A stretch of 64,000 nt of DNA, from positions 111,775-175,774 of IMG/VR virus record IMGVR_UViG_2974736276_000001; one strand, 5' to 3'. The notes beneath the pieces are model-generated. The model did no database searches and was not told where the DNA came from. It worked only from the letters and a program-made list of their open reading frames with translations. The stretch is from a virus. Lineage: Duplodnaviria > Caudoviricetes. Both the position numbers and the translations under genes were made by a program. Below are positions 8,401 to 17,782 of this stretch, in pieces (positions within the stretch are counted from its first letter, which is position 1; each line of letters starts with the position of its first letter).

Positions 8401-8631
8401 ATGAAAAACTTCGAAGAATTCCTGTATGAAGCAGATATTCAGGACTTTATGGGGAAAGTGACTTCATGCCAGACTAAAGAAGGTCTGAAGGAACTTGAAA
8501 AGTATTACACTAAACGTTCTAAAGAAGCTGAATTAAAAGATACAGATGACATTACTTTACGTGATGCTCTTGCTGGTCGTAAAGCTGAATTGGAAGCGGC
8601 CGATGCCGAAGAAGATGAAGAAAGCTTCTGA
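8401..8631 (+). CDS. uvsW.1: UvsW.1
   Basis: FLYEA.I..FMGK..SCQT.EGL.ELEKYY motif directly after uvsW. Confidence 0.9.
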   Translation: MKNFEEFLYEADIQDFMGKVTSCQTKEGLKELEKYYTKRSKEAELKDTDDITLRDALAGRKAELEAADAEEDEESF

Positions 8632-8634
8632 TAT

Positions 8635-8662
8635 AAAAAAGCCCCTCAGTGAGGGGCAAAAA
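8635..8662. terminator. terminator between convergent uvsW.1 and uvsY.-2
   Basis: AAAAAA-GCCCCTCA-G-TGAGGGGC-AAAAA. Confidence 0.7.
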
Positions 8663-8690
8663 CCACAAAAGTGGCTACATCAACACTAGA

Positions 8691-8858
8691 CTAAATTAGA
8701 AGTTGTGTTTCGTTTAATTGTTCTTCTGTACTTTCTGTAACAGGAAGATCTACTACATAGTTTAAACAAGGCCCAGGATGTACAGGACCTTTGTCTGTTT
8801 CGACAACCAATGCGGGATCGATTGGAGTCTTGCAGACGACGCAAATCTTATCAGACAT
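8691..8858 (-). CDS. uvsY.-2: UvsY.-2 small Cys-containing protein (55 aa)
   Basis: Manual translation MSDKICVVCKTPIDPALVVETDKGPVHPGPCLNYV...LNETQLLI. Confidence 0.88.
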   Translation of the reverse strand: MSDKICVVCKTPIDPALVVETDKGPVHPGPCLNYVVDLPVTESTEEQLNETQLLI

Positions 8859-8877
8859 GGTTGTCACCTCTTGTTTG

Positions 8878-9114
8878 TTAGTTACTAAACTTATTTATAC
8901 GAAAATAATCATCAATATCTTTTTCTATTGTATCTTCATGACCGTGTATATCATAAATGTTTCGAGCAGTTTTTACGAATTCATCGTAGTAGCCTGGAAT
9001 ATGACGATAGATATTAACGAAATAGTTCTTACCCAAGTGAATGTTAACGTTTTTGGTTTCACATACACGAATTAACAATGCTTTGATAATATCTTCTTTA
9101 GTCATTCTAGCCAT
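8878..9114 (-). CDS. hypothetical protein
   Basis: ORF in uvsY operon; probable start MARMTKED. Confidence 0.55.
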   Translation of the reverse strand: MARMTKEDIIKALLIRVCETKNVNIHLGKNYFVNIYRHIPGYYDEFVKTARNIYDIHGHEDTIEKDIDDYFRINKFSN

Positions 9115-9346
9115 GATCAGCTTTAACCCCATGTTTACCTAGAGTCTTGACAATTTGAGCTCTTAACTGTTGAGTGTGATAATACACAGTAGTCGTTCTC
9201 ATAATATCATGAAATAAATCTTCAGTTATAACATCAGAAAGCAAAGCCCTAATTGAATCTTTGTACTCTTTTAATGAGTTCGAACCAGCTGCTAAAGGCA
9301 GAGCTCTGATATTATTTACTAAAATACTAAATTCATGTGGTTTCAT
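9107..9346 (-). CDS. hypothetical protein
   Basis: TAATG-coupled to the uvsY stop. Confidence 0.6.
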   Translation of the reverse strand: MKPHEFSILVNNIRALPLAAGSNSLKEYKDSIRALLSDVITEDLFHDIMRTTTVYYHTQQLRAQIVKTLGKHGVKADHG

Positions 9347-9753
9347 TATGCACCAGCTTCAAATGCTCGTAGATCAATGATATGCTTAATTGCAAAGCCT
9401 TTAGACTTAACTGCATCAAGCGCCTTTGAACAAAATTCTAACATGATTCCCCAATACGCCAAAGCAGTGTCAACCTTCAACACATCAGCGTTCGCTGAAA
9501 TCACTACCTTCATTTCAGACTTCTCGTACTGATCCATACATACTTCATCACCACGACCAGTGTAATAATCGAGAGTTTTCTTTACAGCTGTTTTGCGCTG
9601 ATTCTCAATCTTCAAAATCTCTTTACGAATACTGCTGTGATAGCGAGACCACTTACCGTAAAGTGTAGGCACTTGCGACGCTTCTAACTGAAGCTTTGTA
9701 TGGTCAACCTTTAAGTCTGCATCTAACTCGTCCTGCAGGTCTTCTAATTTCAT
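9346..9753 (-). CDS. uvsY: UvsY recombination mediator
   Basis: MKLEDLQDELDADLK.D.TKLQ...KSKGFAIKHIIDLRAFEAG. Confidence 0.96.
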   Translation of the reverse strand: MKLEDLQDELDADLKVDHTKLQLEASQVPTLYGKWSRYHSSIRKEILKIENQRKTAVKKTLDYYTGRGDEVCMDQYEKSEMKVVISANADVLKVDTALAYWGIMLEFCSKALDAVKSKGFAIKHIIDLRAFEAGA

Positions 9754-9754
9754 G

Positions 9755-9853
9755 TTATACCTTTGCGAAAAATAGTAGATGTACTGCGGCAAACACAATA
9801 AATCCTAAAAAGTAATAGGTGAATGGACAAGTCCAATCAATTCCAAATTTCAT
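9755..9853 (-). CDS. small hydrophobic protein (32 aa)
   Basis: Manual translation MKFGIDWTCPFTYYFLGFIVFAAVHLLFFAKV with GAGG SD. Confidence 0.55.
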   Translation of the reverse strand: MKFGIDWTCPFTYYFLGFIVFAAVHLLFFAKV

Positions 9854-9878
9854 AGTAATTTCCTCTTGTAGATAAGAC

Positions 9879-9905
9879 ATTATACCAAAGAATTCTGGCA
9901 GCAAA
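9879..9905 (-). promoter_or_regulatory. uvsY middle promoter (oriF-equivalent position)
   Basis: TTTGCTG MotA-like box ~13 nt upstream of TATAAT; same position as T4 PuvsY. Confidence 0.65.
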
Positions 9906-9964
9906 GCTGCCAGTAATTTATTACTTATCTCTTATATAGAGATACTATATGGCCTATGTAATAA

Positions 9965-10357
9965 CTATCGTGAAGCCTGTAGTTGAAGCTTTATTTCTTG
10001 GAGAGTGTCTGGATTATCTACTATGCTAAAATAGATCGTAATGATTATCGTGTTATCGTCATACAGAGGAGTCACTTGAACGTACAGACGACTTAAACGT
10101 GGCTCGTAGTTAGTCAGAGCAGCAGTGATGTTTTTCTGAATGGTATCTGCAGTAAGAGGAGTCATGTTCTCGAATAACTCATCTGATAATCCGCATCCAA
10201 ATTCTGGCATGAAAGGGCGTGAACCCTTTCTAGTAGTGATAATTCCGAGAATAGAGTTTTTAACTGCTCGAGCACCTACTGTTACTGCCACATCATTATT
10301 CCAAGCCTTGTCCATCGTTGGACTAAGATCAGTGTAGAGTAAATTAATATTTGACAT
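9965..10357 (-). CDS. 25: gp25 baseplate wedge subunit
   Basis: AVKNSILGIITTRKGSRPF.PEFGC; YEPR motif. Confidence 0.96.
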   Translation of the reverse strand: MSNINLLYTDLSPTMDKAWNNDVAVTVGARAVKNSILGIITTRKGSRPFMPEFGCGLSDELFENMTPLTADTIQKNITAALTNYEPRLSRLYVQVTPLYDDNTIIITIYFSIVDNPDTLQEIKLQLQASR

Positions 10358-10983
10358 TATAGAAGCCTAAAGAACTCTTTAAGTCCTTTTACGATGTGTA
10401 CATGTTTTTCCCCACACTTTTCACAATGAATAGGGACTGCCAAGTAAACTGTTGGCTTCAGTAACTGTTCGGTAATAACTTTGATGTCATCGATTGTAAT
10501 AGCATCATATAGCTGATTAAGTTCTTCTGCAGAAAGATCATCAACTGAAAGACGTTCATTGCCAGTAATAATGAAATCAATGCAAGAAGCAATCATTCGA
10601 GCATGGTTCTGATCGTCAAATAATTTAGGATACTTGAACTGAATTTTGAAGTCACCAAAGTTATACACAGGAGGTTCTAATGAGTCTATTTGTACCTGTG
10701 ATAGATTTAACGGTACTTCCATTTGATGTCCGCAGGAGCACTCCCAGGTGCTCTGTGTATTCACTTCACCTAGACTATGGGCCCACAGTTGTGTAATGAG
10801 ATATTCAGATTCTTGACGATTTAAATCTTTGGCATCTGTACATTTTAAGATCAACTCTTTAACGTACTGCAATATAGTGCCATCTTTTTTAGCTTTCATG
10901 AGGTTGATGTACTCACGAAGTGAAAATGCTCGGCAGGAAACAGTTTTCCCAGCTACGATAATTTCGAATTTATAATCAAACAT
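10357..10983 (-). CDS. 26: gp26 baseplate hub assembly protein
   Basis: CRAF.L.EY...LWAHSLGEVN...W.C.CG; synteny. Confidence 0.93.
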   Translation of the reverse strand: MFDYKFEIIVAGKTVSCRAFSLREYINLMKAKKDGTILQYVKELILKCTDAKDLNRQESEYLITQLWAHSLGEVNTQSTWECSCGHQMEVPLNLSQVQIDSLEPPVYNFGDFKIQFKYPKLFDDQNHARMIASCIDFIITGNERLSVDDLSAEELNQLYDAITIDDIKVITEQLLKPTVYLAVPIHCEKCGEKHVHIVKGLKEFFRLL

Positions 10984-11002
10984 ATTGTCTCCTCATATTG
11001 TG

Positions 11003-11014
11003 TATTTATAAATA
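11003..11014. promoter_or_regulatory. overlapping divergent late promoters for genes 26 and 51
   Basis: Palindromic TATTTATAAATA. Confidence 0.85.
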
Positions 11015-11031
11015 TTGATAAAGGAGATACT

Positions 11032-11784
11032 ATGGCCAATATTGTACGCTGTAATTTGCCTTCAGGTGTCCAAAGATTTCAACCTTTTACCGTAGCTGAC
11101 TATCGAGACTTTCTGTTAGTACGAAATGATATGAACTCTAAGACTCTGGAAGAGCAAAAAGAAATAATGAATGAATTGCTCGCTGATTACTTTCACGAGT
11201 ATCCGCCGTCTTGGAGACCTTATATTTTTCTTAAAGTCTTCACCTCGAGCATCGGTAAAACTAGACTTCCTGTTATCTGGGAATGCGCTAAATGTAATAA
11301 GACTGTAAAGAGCCCTTTGAACTTGTCTCACGACGGATTAAAGAATCCTTTAATAGAAGTTGCTGGTATTAAAATAACCTTTAATTTCCCTGATCAAATT
11401 ACTGACGATCATGTGTCAATGATTAAGGATAACATCGCAGAAGTATCTGACGGTGTTAATACTTACAAATGGGAAGCGCTAACAGATGATATGAAGCTAA
11501 AGATTATCGACGCAATAGATATTAAATCATTTGAATCAGTTATTGAACAGATGACTCCGATTAGCATCACATTGAATTTGTCTTGCTGTGATAAACACGT
11601 CATTAAGTATGATAACATTCTGGAAATATTCAAACTCATTATTCATCCAGATGAAGTATTCAACTTTTACCAAATCAACCATGTCTTAGTTAAACACAAC
11701 TATGACTTGAATTCAGTAATGCGAATGATTCCTGTTGAACGAAGCATTGCTCTATCTTTAATCGAAAAGGATAATAAGAAATGA
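11032..11784 (+). CDS. 51: gp51 baseplate hub assembly protein
   Basis: [25 protein letters not shown]; P.ERSIALSL. Confidence 0.94.
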   Translation: MANIVRCNLPSGVQRFQPFTVADYRDFLLVRNDMNSKTLEEQKEIMNELLADYFHEYPPSWRPYIFLKVFTSSIGKTRLPVIWECAKCNKTVKSPLNLSHDGLKNPLIEVAGIKITFNFPDQITDDHVSMIKDNIAEVSDGVNTYKWEALTDDMKLKIIDAIDIKSFESVIEQMTPISITLNLSCCDKHVIKYDNILEIFKLIIHPDEVFNFYQINHVLVKHNYDLNSVMRMIPVERSIALSLIEKDNKK

Positions 11785-12920
11785 TGCAGCGCCTAGGTTA
11801 TCCTAACATCAGCATTAAGCTTTATCAAAATTACAGTAAGTGGCTCGAGAATGCTTTTCTCGAACTCGCTGCTACATTCACAACACTAACTATTAGAGAC
11901 GGTCTTTACGGCCGCAATGAAGGTCTGCTTCAGTTCTATGATAATGCTAATCTTCATACTCGAATGACTGGTGAAGAAATTATTCAGATCTCTGTAGCTA
12001 ACGCCAATACAAAGAATGTTATTTCCCGAATTTACGGGAATAAGCACTTCAGCGTTACTGTCGATAAAAAGAGTGATAACATAATTACTATTCAGCTCGG
12101 ATCTATTCACGAAATTGAGAATTTGAAGTTTGGCAGATGCTTCTATAATAACGCCAACGACAGTATCAATGAAATGATTGGTGTAATTTATCAGGATCGT
12201 CCTCTTATTGCTCCGCCAGTGAACGGTATTAACACGTATGTTCCGAGAGTACCTTGGTCACAAGATATGGCGATGTATATGAGTTATGTTCGTGACATTG
12301 GACTCGCCGTTGAATCAGATCAATTTGTTTTTGTTTGGGAAGACTTCATGGGTATTAACATGATGGACTATAACCAAATGATTGCTCAAGACGCTGTTAT
12401 ATTCGCAGTAGGTGATGAAGGACGTTTAGGTGAATTCTCATACATCACAGAATATCCTTTAGCGTTTGATTTTACTTGGTTGACTAAAGCTAATAAAAGA
12501 AAGCGTGATGTAATTGAGAATGCCACGTTCTTTACACCATCATTTATGGACAATAAGATAGAAACTATTGTGAATGGTGATGGACAGAATGCTATCGTTC
12601 TATCACGATCTGGCGGATATGCAGAAGCTACTTATCGTAATGGTTATGAAGAAGCAAACAGAATTACTACGATGGCACAATACGACGGATATGCTCATTG
12701 TAAAATCTTCGGTAATTTCCAAATAACTCCGGGCATGAAGCTTAATTTCTATGATCTGAAAAATCAGTTTAAGACTGATTTCTACGTAGATGAAGTTCTT
12801 CATGAAATCTCAAACAATACTTCGATAACTAATCTTTATATGTTTACTAACGGTAAACCTTTGAGTGAAGTTAATCTGACACGAGTTAAAAATGAACTTA
12901 AATCTAATACTTCCACTTAA
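11781..12920 (+). CDS. 27: gp27 baseplate hub
   Basis: QR.GYPN.SIKLYQ.Y..W...[10 protein letters not shown]. Confidence 0.95.
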   Translation: MMQRLGYPNISIKLYQNYSKWLENAFLELAATFTTLTIRDGLYGRNEGLLQFYDNANLHTRMTGEEIIQISVANANTKNVISRIYGNKHFSVTVDKKSDNIITIQLGSIHEIENLKFGRCFYNNANDSINEMIGVIYQDRPLIAPPVNGINTYVPRVPWSQDMAMYMSYVRDIGLAVESDQFVFVWEDFMGINMMDYNQMIAQDAVIFAVGDEGRLGEFSYITEYPLAFDFTWLTKANKRKRDVIENATFFTPSFMDNKIETIVNGDGQNAIVLSRSGGYAEATYRNGYEEANRITTMAQYDGYAHCKIFGNFQITPGMKLNFYDLKNQFKTDFYVDEVLHEISNNTSITNLYMFTNGKPLSEVNLTRVKNELKSNTST

Positions 12921-13419
12921 GAAAATAGTAATTAACGATAAACAAATTTCAATCCCTAAACTGGGATTGAAACATCATGAGCTGCTAAAGAATCCATGTG
13001 GCGCAGATGAGAATATGATTAAGCTAGTCAATTCTATTTGTCCAGGTCTTAACGCTGCTGAGAGCGAAATAGTTTTACTTCATGTTCTGGAATTTAATGG
13101 AAAGATTAAATCAGAAGTGATTGTCAACGGCAAGGTGTTTAAAGTATCTGATGTTTATATTTCTCAGAGACTTGAACACCAATATCACGGAAACACTTTC
13201 TATTTCAGATCTCCTGAACCTTTCGAAACATTTGTTACTCCAGATGATGTTCTCGAAAAATGTTTTATTCGAGTCAATGACTCAGATGTTGTTCCAGAAT
13301 TCATGGACATGCCGGCATTTGTGACTAAATGGGCAGACGCTATAACAACAAAAATTTCTATTAAAGGTCCTAAAGGCCAGTTAGATGGTCTTTCAGAAAT
13401 TTTGGAACTATTTAAATGA
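12892..13419 (+). CDS. 28: gp28 baseplate hub distal subunit
   Basis: I.IPKLGLKH; MPAFV.KWAD; synteny. Confidence 0.92.
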   Translation: MNLNLILPLKKIVINDKQISIPKLGLKHHELLKNPCGADENMIKLVNSICPGLNAAESEIVLLHVLEFNGKIKSEVIVNGKVFKVSDVYISQRLEHQYHGNTFYFRSPEPFETFVTPDDVLEKCFIRVNDSDVVPEFMDMPAFVTKWADAITTKISIKGPKGQLDGLSEILELFK

Positions 13420-15224
13420 AAGATGCAAAAAGCTTTCGTAGAAATACAAGAAAGATAATAGAAGACTCTAAGGCGGAGCGTAATCAGCGCTCTGCTGATG
13501 AACAACAGAATGCTTCTCTTAATAATATTCATGAACGTCTTGGTGATGTACAAACTGCGACTGAAATGAATGGAGAGTCAGCGCGTTCTAAATCTAATGA
13601 AATCCTCGAAGGATTAGCTCATTTAGGTCGTGTATCTCAAGACACTGGTGCAGCTGCTGAATTAACTGCAGAAGGAGTAGAGGCTTCTAATACAGAACTT
13701 CGTAAATTAAATGACACTGCTCTTCAGATAAGTGAAAAGCTTGCTCAATTATCTACGTTGCTCGAGAATAAAGTAAATGTTCAATCAACTGGACAAGGTC
13801 AAACTAGCACTGCAGCAGCTAATTCGAGTAGCACTTCTTTAGCTGTTATTTCTGAAGCGATTCCTGATATTGAGCAATCAAATGAAGACCTTCGTGCTAC
13901 TATCGAACGGCTGCTTCCAGATGCATCTCAGGGTGAACCTGATGCTGACTTTTTGCCAGAAGATAGACAACCACCTGCTCCACCTCCAGTGCCTGACGCT
14001 CCTCCTGCGCCGGCTGTGACTGATCCAGAGGATGATAAAGGCAAGAATAAATCAGGTCAGTCAATTAGTGATAAACTCGATGAGCTGATCAAAACTACTA
14101 AAGGTGGATTTAAATCATCTGTAGGTTTTGCTGATAAAATTTCTAACATGCTTTTCAAGTACACTGTGACTGCTGCAGCAGCTGCTGCTAAAACTGCTGC
14201 AATGATACTGTCTATTATTCTTGCTATAGATGTTATTCGAATTCACTTCGATTATTGGTCTAAGCTATTTGAAACAAGTTTCACCGATTTCAATGCTAAA
14301 GCTAAAGAATGGGCACCTCTACTTGAATCTATTATTACATCAGTGAATGAAGTAAGAGAAGCTTGGGAAAAAGGTGACTTCGGTGGATTAGCACTAGCAA
14401 TTGTTAAAGGTATCGGAAGCGTTATTAAAGAACTTGGTGAACTGATTGTTCTTGGATTATCTAAAGCTATTGCTGGATTATTCAGATCAATGGGAATGGA
14501 AGATAAAGCATTAGATGTAGAAGGTGATGCTCTTCAAACTTATCAAGAACACACTGGTGCTAAACTATCAGAAGAGAATGCTAATACACTTGCAAAATAT
14601 CAGGCTAAGCAATATGATAAGAAGCAAGAACTAGCTGACAGCACATTAGGTAATTCAGCTGCTGCTAAATTAGTACTTCTTGGACAGAATGGAAATCGTG
14701 GTGATTACGATAAGATTCAAGCTGGACAAGTCACTCCAGTTTCAGGATTAAATGAAACCGATAAGATATCTGCTATTAAAGCGAGTAACGAAGCTTCTGC
14801 TGCAATGACTCGTTTCAATAAATATGTCGAAGATGCTGATCCTTCTAAGGCCAGCTCTAAGAGTAATATTGAAAAAGCATATAACGAAATCAAAAATGAC
14901 TTGAACGATCCTGCTCTGAATAAAGCACCTGATCTTAAAGCCATGTTAGAGAAGAAATTATCTGATATTGACGCTAAGTACAATACATTTAAATCTTCTG
15001 GTGCTCAAGTTAAACCTGATGATATTTCTGAAAATCCTGATACTAAATCAGTTCAACGTATTGCTCAGAATGCCAATGCAAATACAGGCGGAAGTCAAGC
15101 TCAGACTGGTAATAACATTCAAGTTAATAATGTCAATAAAACCAGTAGAACTCAGATTAATACACCTCCGCAGAGTTCAAGTCCAGCTCCTGGCATGTCT
15201 AATCATGCCTTTAGCGTTAATTAA
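13416..15224 (+). CDS. 29: gp29 baseplate hub / tail length determinator
   Basis: GFK.S....DKIS.MLFKYT; C-terminal PAPGM; 602 aa; synteny. Confidence 0.93.
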   Translation: MKDAKSFRRNTRKIIEDSKAERNQRSADEQQNASLNNIHERLGDVQTATEMNGESARSKSNEILEGLAHLGRVSQDTGAAAELTAEGVEASNTELRKLNDTALQISEKLAQLSTLLENKVNVQSTGQGQTSTAAANSSSTSLAVISEAIPDIEQSNEDLRATIERLLPDASQGEPDADFLPEDRQPPAPPPVPDAPPAPAVTDPEDDKGKNKSGQSISDKLDELIKTTKGGFKSSVGFADKISNMLFKYTVTAAAAAAKTAAMILSIILAIDVIRIHFDYWSKLFETSFTDFNAKAKEWAPLLESIITSVNEVREAWEKGDFGGLALAIVKGIGSVIKELGELIVLGLSKAIAGLFRSMGMEDKALDVEGDALQTYQEHTGAKLSEENANTLAKYQAKQYDKKQELADSTLGNSAAAKLVLLGQNGNRGDYDKIQAGQVTPVSGLNETDKISAIKASNEASAAMTRFNKYVEDADPSKASSKSNIEKAYNEIKNDLNDPALNKAPDLKAMLEKKLSDIDAKYNTFKSSGAQVKPDDISENPDTKSVQRIAQNANANTGGSQAQTGNNIQVNNVNKTSRTQINTPPQSSSPAPGMSNHAFSVN

Positions 15225-15232
15225 GGAAATAT

Positions 15233-16357
15233 ATGGCTATCGTCACAGAATTAGTTACTGACGCAGCAAAGTCTATTGCACAGCAGGGATCTAAGATCTC
15301 TGCTGGTTCTTCTAGCACAAAGACAGTAAATAAAACTATAGTTGCTCAGTACCCAGCTGAACGCGCGGCAGCAAATGATGGATCGTCTGACCTTCGAGTT
15401 AACGATCTCTATAAGAATGGATTGTTATTCACTGCATATGATTTTAAATCTAGAACTACAACTGCGTTGAGAAAAGATAGGTCTAGCCAAAATAGTGTTA
15501 GTGGAACGACTATTTTGAATGGTGTTAAGACTGCTGTAACGAGCACAACAAAGGCTTTGGCATCATTATCTACTACATCAAAGACAGGATTAACTGCAAA
15601 CACTGATAGTACTGTAGATAAAACACCTTTGGTTAATATTTTATTACCTCGTTCTAAATCTGATGTTGATACTGCATCTCATAGATTTAATGATGTCGGA
15701 GAATCTCTTATTGCTCGTGGTGGCGGTAATGTTGGTGGTGTATTGAGTAATATTGCATCTACTGCAGTATTTGGTGCTATTGATTCTCTTACTCAAGGTA
15801 TTATGGCTGATCATTCTGAACAGATCTATAATACTGCGCGAAGCATGTACGCGGGTGCAGATAACAGAACGAAAGTATTCACTTGGGATTTAACTCCTCG
15901 AAATGGATATGACCTAAATCAGATCATCAAAATCTATGAGCTGTTCAATTATTATTCTTATGGCGAAACGGGTAATTCTACCTTCGCTAAAGAAATGAAA
16001 GCTCAATTAGACCAAATGTATAAAGATACGTTCATTAATAACCTTACACCTGAAGGTTCAGATCGTACTAATACTATATTTGAGAACGTTACTAGCTTCT
16101 TGAGTAATGTAATTGTCGTCGGTAACCCGACTATTTGGTATGTCAGAAACTTTGGTACTACATCAAGTTATGACGGAAGAACAGACGTGTTTGGTCCATG
16201 TCAAATACAATCTGTGCGCTTCGATAAATCACCAAATGGACAATTCAATGGACTAGCGATTGCACCAAACCTTCCTAGCACATTTACTTTAGAAGTTACT
16301 TTCCGTGAAATTCTTACGCTGGATCGTGGTTCATTATATGCGAGTGGTATTAGTTAA
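15233..16357 (+). CDS. 48: gp48 baseplate tail tube cap
   Basis: AQYPAER; LLPRSKSDVD; FGPCQIQS.RFDK.P.G. Confidence 0.95.
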   Translation: MAIVTELVTDAAKSIAQQGSKISAGSSSTKTVNKTIVAQYPAERAAANDGSSDLRVNDLYKNGLLFTAYDFKSRTTTALRKDRSSQNSVSGTTILNGVKTAVTSTTKALASLSTTSKTGLTANTDSTVDKTPLVNILLPRSKSDVDTASHRFNDVGESLIARGGGNVGGVLSNIASTAVFGAIDSLTQGIMADHSEQIYNTARSMYAGADNRTKVFTWDLTPRNGYDLNQIIKIYELFNYYSYGETGNSTFAKEMKAQLDQMYKDTFINNLTPEGSDRTNTIFENVTSFLSNVIVVGNPTIWYVRNFGTTSSYDGRTDVFGPCQIQSVRFDKSPNGQFNGLAIAPNLPSTFTLEVTFREILTLDRGSLYASGIS

Positions 16358-17304
16358 TGTACACATTAGATGAATTTAAAGCGCAAGCCGGTAACATAGA
16401 TTTTCAGCGTACGAACTTGTTCAGCGTTGTATTTGCTACGACTCCTTCATCTAAATCTCAGCAGCTGTTAGACCAATTCGGAGGTTATTTGTATAATAAC
16501 CTTCCGGTTAATACAGACTTTCTGGGAATTAAAAGAGGAGAAGTAACTCAAGGGCTAACATCTCTCATCACTGCAGGCACTCAGAAGTTAGTTCGTAAGT
16601 CTGGTGTAAGTAAATACCTTATCGGAGCAATGTCCTCTAGGGTTGTCCAGAGCCTTCTAGGTGAATTCACTGTAGGTACATATCTACTTGATTTCTTCAA
16701 CATGGCTTTCCCGACATCAGGATTAATGGTCTATTCTGCTAAAATTCCAGAGAATAGATTGGCCTATGAAATGGATAGAAACCATAATGCTCCGAACATT
16801 AAAATAACTGGTCGCGAACATGAGCCTTTAACTATTTCATTCCGAATGGACCCTGAAGCATGTAACTACCGTGCAATGCAAGACTGGGTTAATAGTGTTG
16901 AAGATCCGGTGACTGGATTAAGAGCTCTACCTGAAGATGTTGAAGCTGATATTCAAGTTAACTTACATGCACGTAATGGATTACCTCATACAGTAGTGAT
17001 GTTCACTGGATGTATTCCTATTGGATGTGGTGCACCTGAATTAAGCTATGAAGGTGGTAATACTATTGCTACATTTGATGTTACATTTGCTTATAGAGTT
17101 ATGCAAGCGGGTGCAGTGGGTAAACAGGCTGCGTTAGATTGGCTCGAAGATAAAGCAGTGAATTTGATAGGAAAAATTAACTCTGATATGAGTTTAAGTT
17201 CGAGTTTGCCAGCTCTATCTCGTTTAGGTGGATCAGCAGGCGGGCTTTCGAAAGGGATTAGCTCTGCAGCTAGTTCTGTGAAAGGATTAGTTTCATCATT
17301 GTAA
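16357..17304 (+). CDS. 54: gp54 tail tube initiator
   Basis: DFQRTNLFSVVFAT.PS; NYRAMQDWVNSVEDPVTGLRALP. Confidence 0.96.
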   Translation: MYTLDEFKAQAGNIDFQRTNLFSVVFATTPSSKSQQLLDQFGGYLYNNLPVNTDFLGIKRGEVTQGLTSLITAGTQKLVRKSGVSKYLIGAMSSRVVQSLLGEFTVGTYLLDFFNMAFPTSGLMVYSAKIPENRLAYEMDRNHNAPNIKITGREHEPLTISFRMDPEACNYRAMQDWVNSVEDPVTGLRALPEDVEADIQVNLHARNGLPHTVVMFTGCIPIGCGAPELSYEGGNTIATFDVTFAYRVMQAGAVGKQAALDWLEDKAVNLIGKINSDMSLSSSLPALSRLGGSAGGLSKGISSAASSVKGLVSSL

Positions 17305-17331
17305 AAAAGGGGAACCATTTGGTTCCCCTTT
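17303..17331. terminator. bidirectional terminator
   Basis: AAAAAAGGGGAACCA-T-TTGGTTCCCCTTT between convergent genes. Confidence 0.8.
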
Positions 17332-17336
17332 GTTCA

Positions 17337-17720
17337 TTATACAAGTGACAATTCGATCTGTTGCTCTTCGACTTCAATTCGACCTAAGAATGCAGGAATA
17401 CTATGAAGCACCTGAGCATTTACAGTCAGAGTGCCTTGATTTTCTGGCAAACTGATGTCTGGATTAGGAAGTTTAAACCAAACGACTTGGACAGGAATTA
17501 ATCCAACTACATTTTCAGCGTTACTCAACATATCTTCAATGTTGAATTTCACTTCACCAAATGGTTCTACTGCCATGATAGTGCGTTCAGAATTTCCAAC
17601 GCGGATATATGAATCCATCAAATCGTCAATCTCGCGATCGAACTCTACTGAGCCGATAGGAAAGTTTGAACGAATCTCTGCACCCAAAGCACGAAAAACT
17701 GATACGATACGTTTTGACAT
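17337..17720 (-). CDS. Alt.-3-like hypothetical protein
   Basis: S.FR.LG.E N-terminus; position between gene 54 and alt; own early promoter. Confidence 0.65.
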   Translation of the reverse strand: MSKRIVSVFRALGAEIRSNFPIGSVEFDREIDDLMDSYIRVGNSERTIMAVEPFGEVKFNIEDMLSNAENVVGLIPVQVVWFKLPNPDISLPENQGTLTVNAQVLHSIPAFLGRIEVEEQQIELSLV

Positions 17721-17750
17721 TATGTAATCCTCATGTTGTTGATAGGGGCT

Positions 17751-17780
17751 ACTATACCATAGCCCTCATGAGAAGTAAAC
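17751..17780 (-). promoter_or_regulatory. early promoter
   Basis: GTTTAC-18-TATAGT. Confidence 0.8.
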
Positions 17781-17782
17781 AG

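Noticed and set aside
6848-8631. uvsW split into two ORFs as a possible frameshift
   Set aside because: uvsW and uvsW.1 are separate genes in T4 as well
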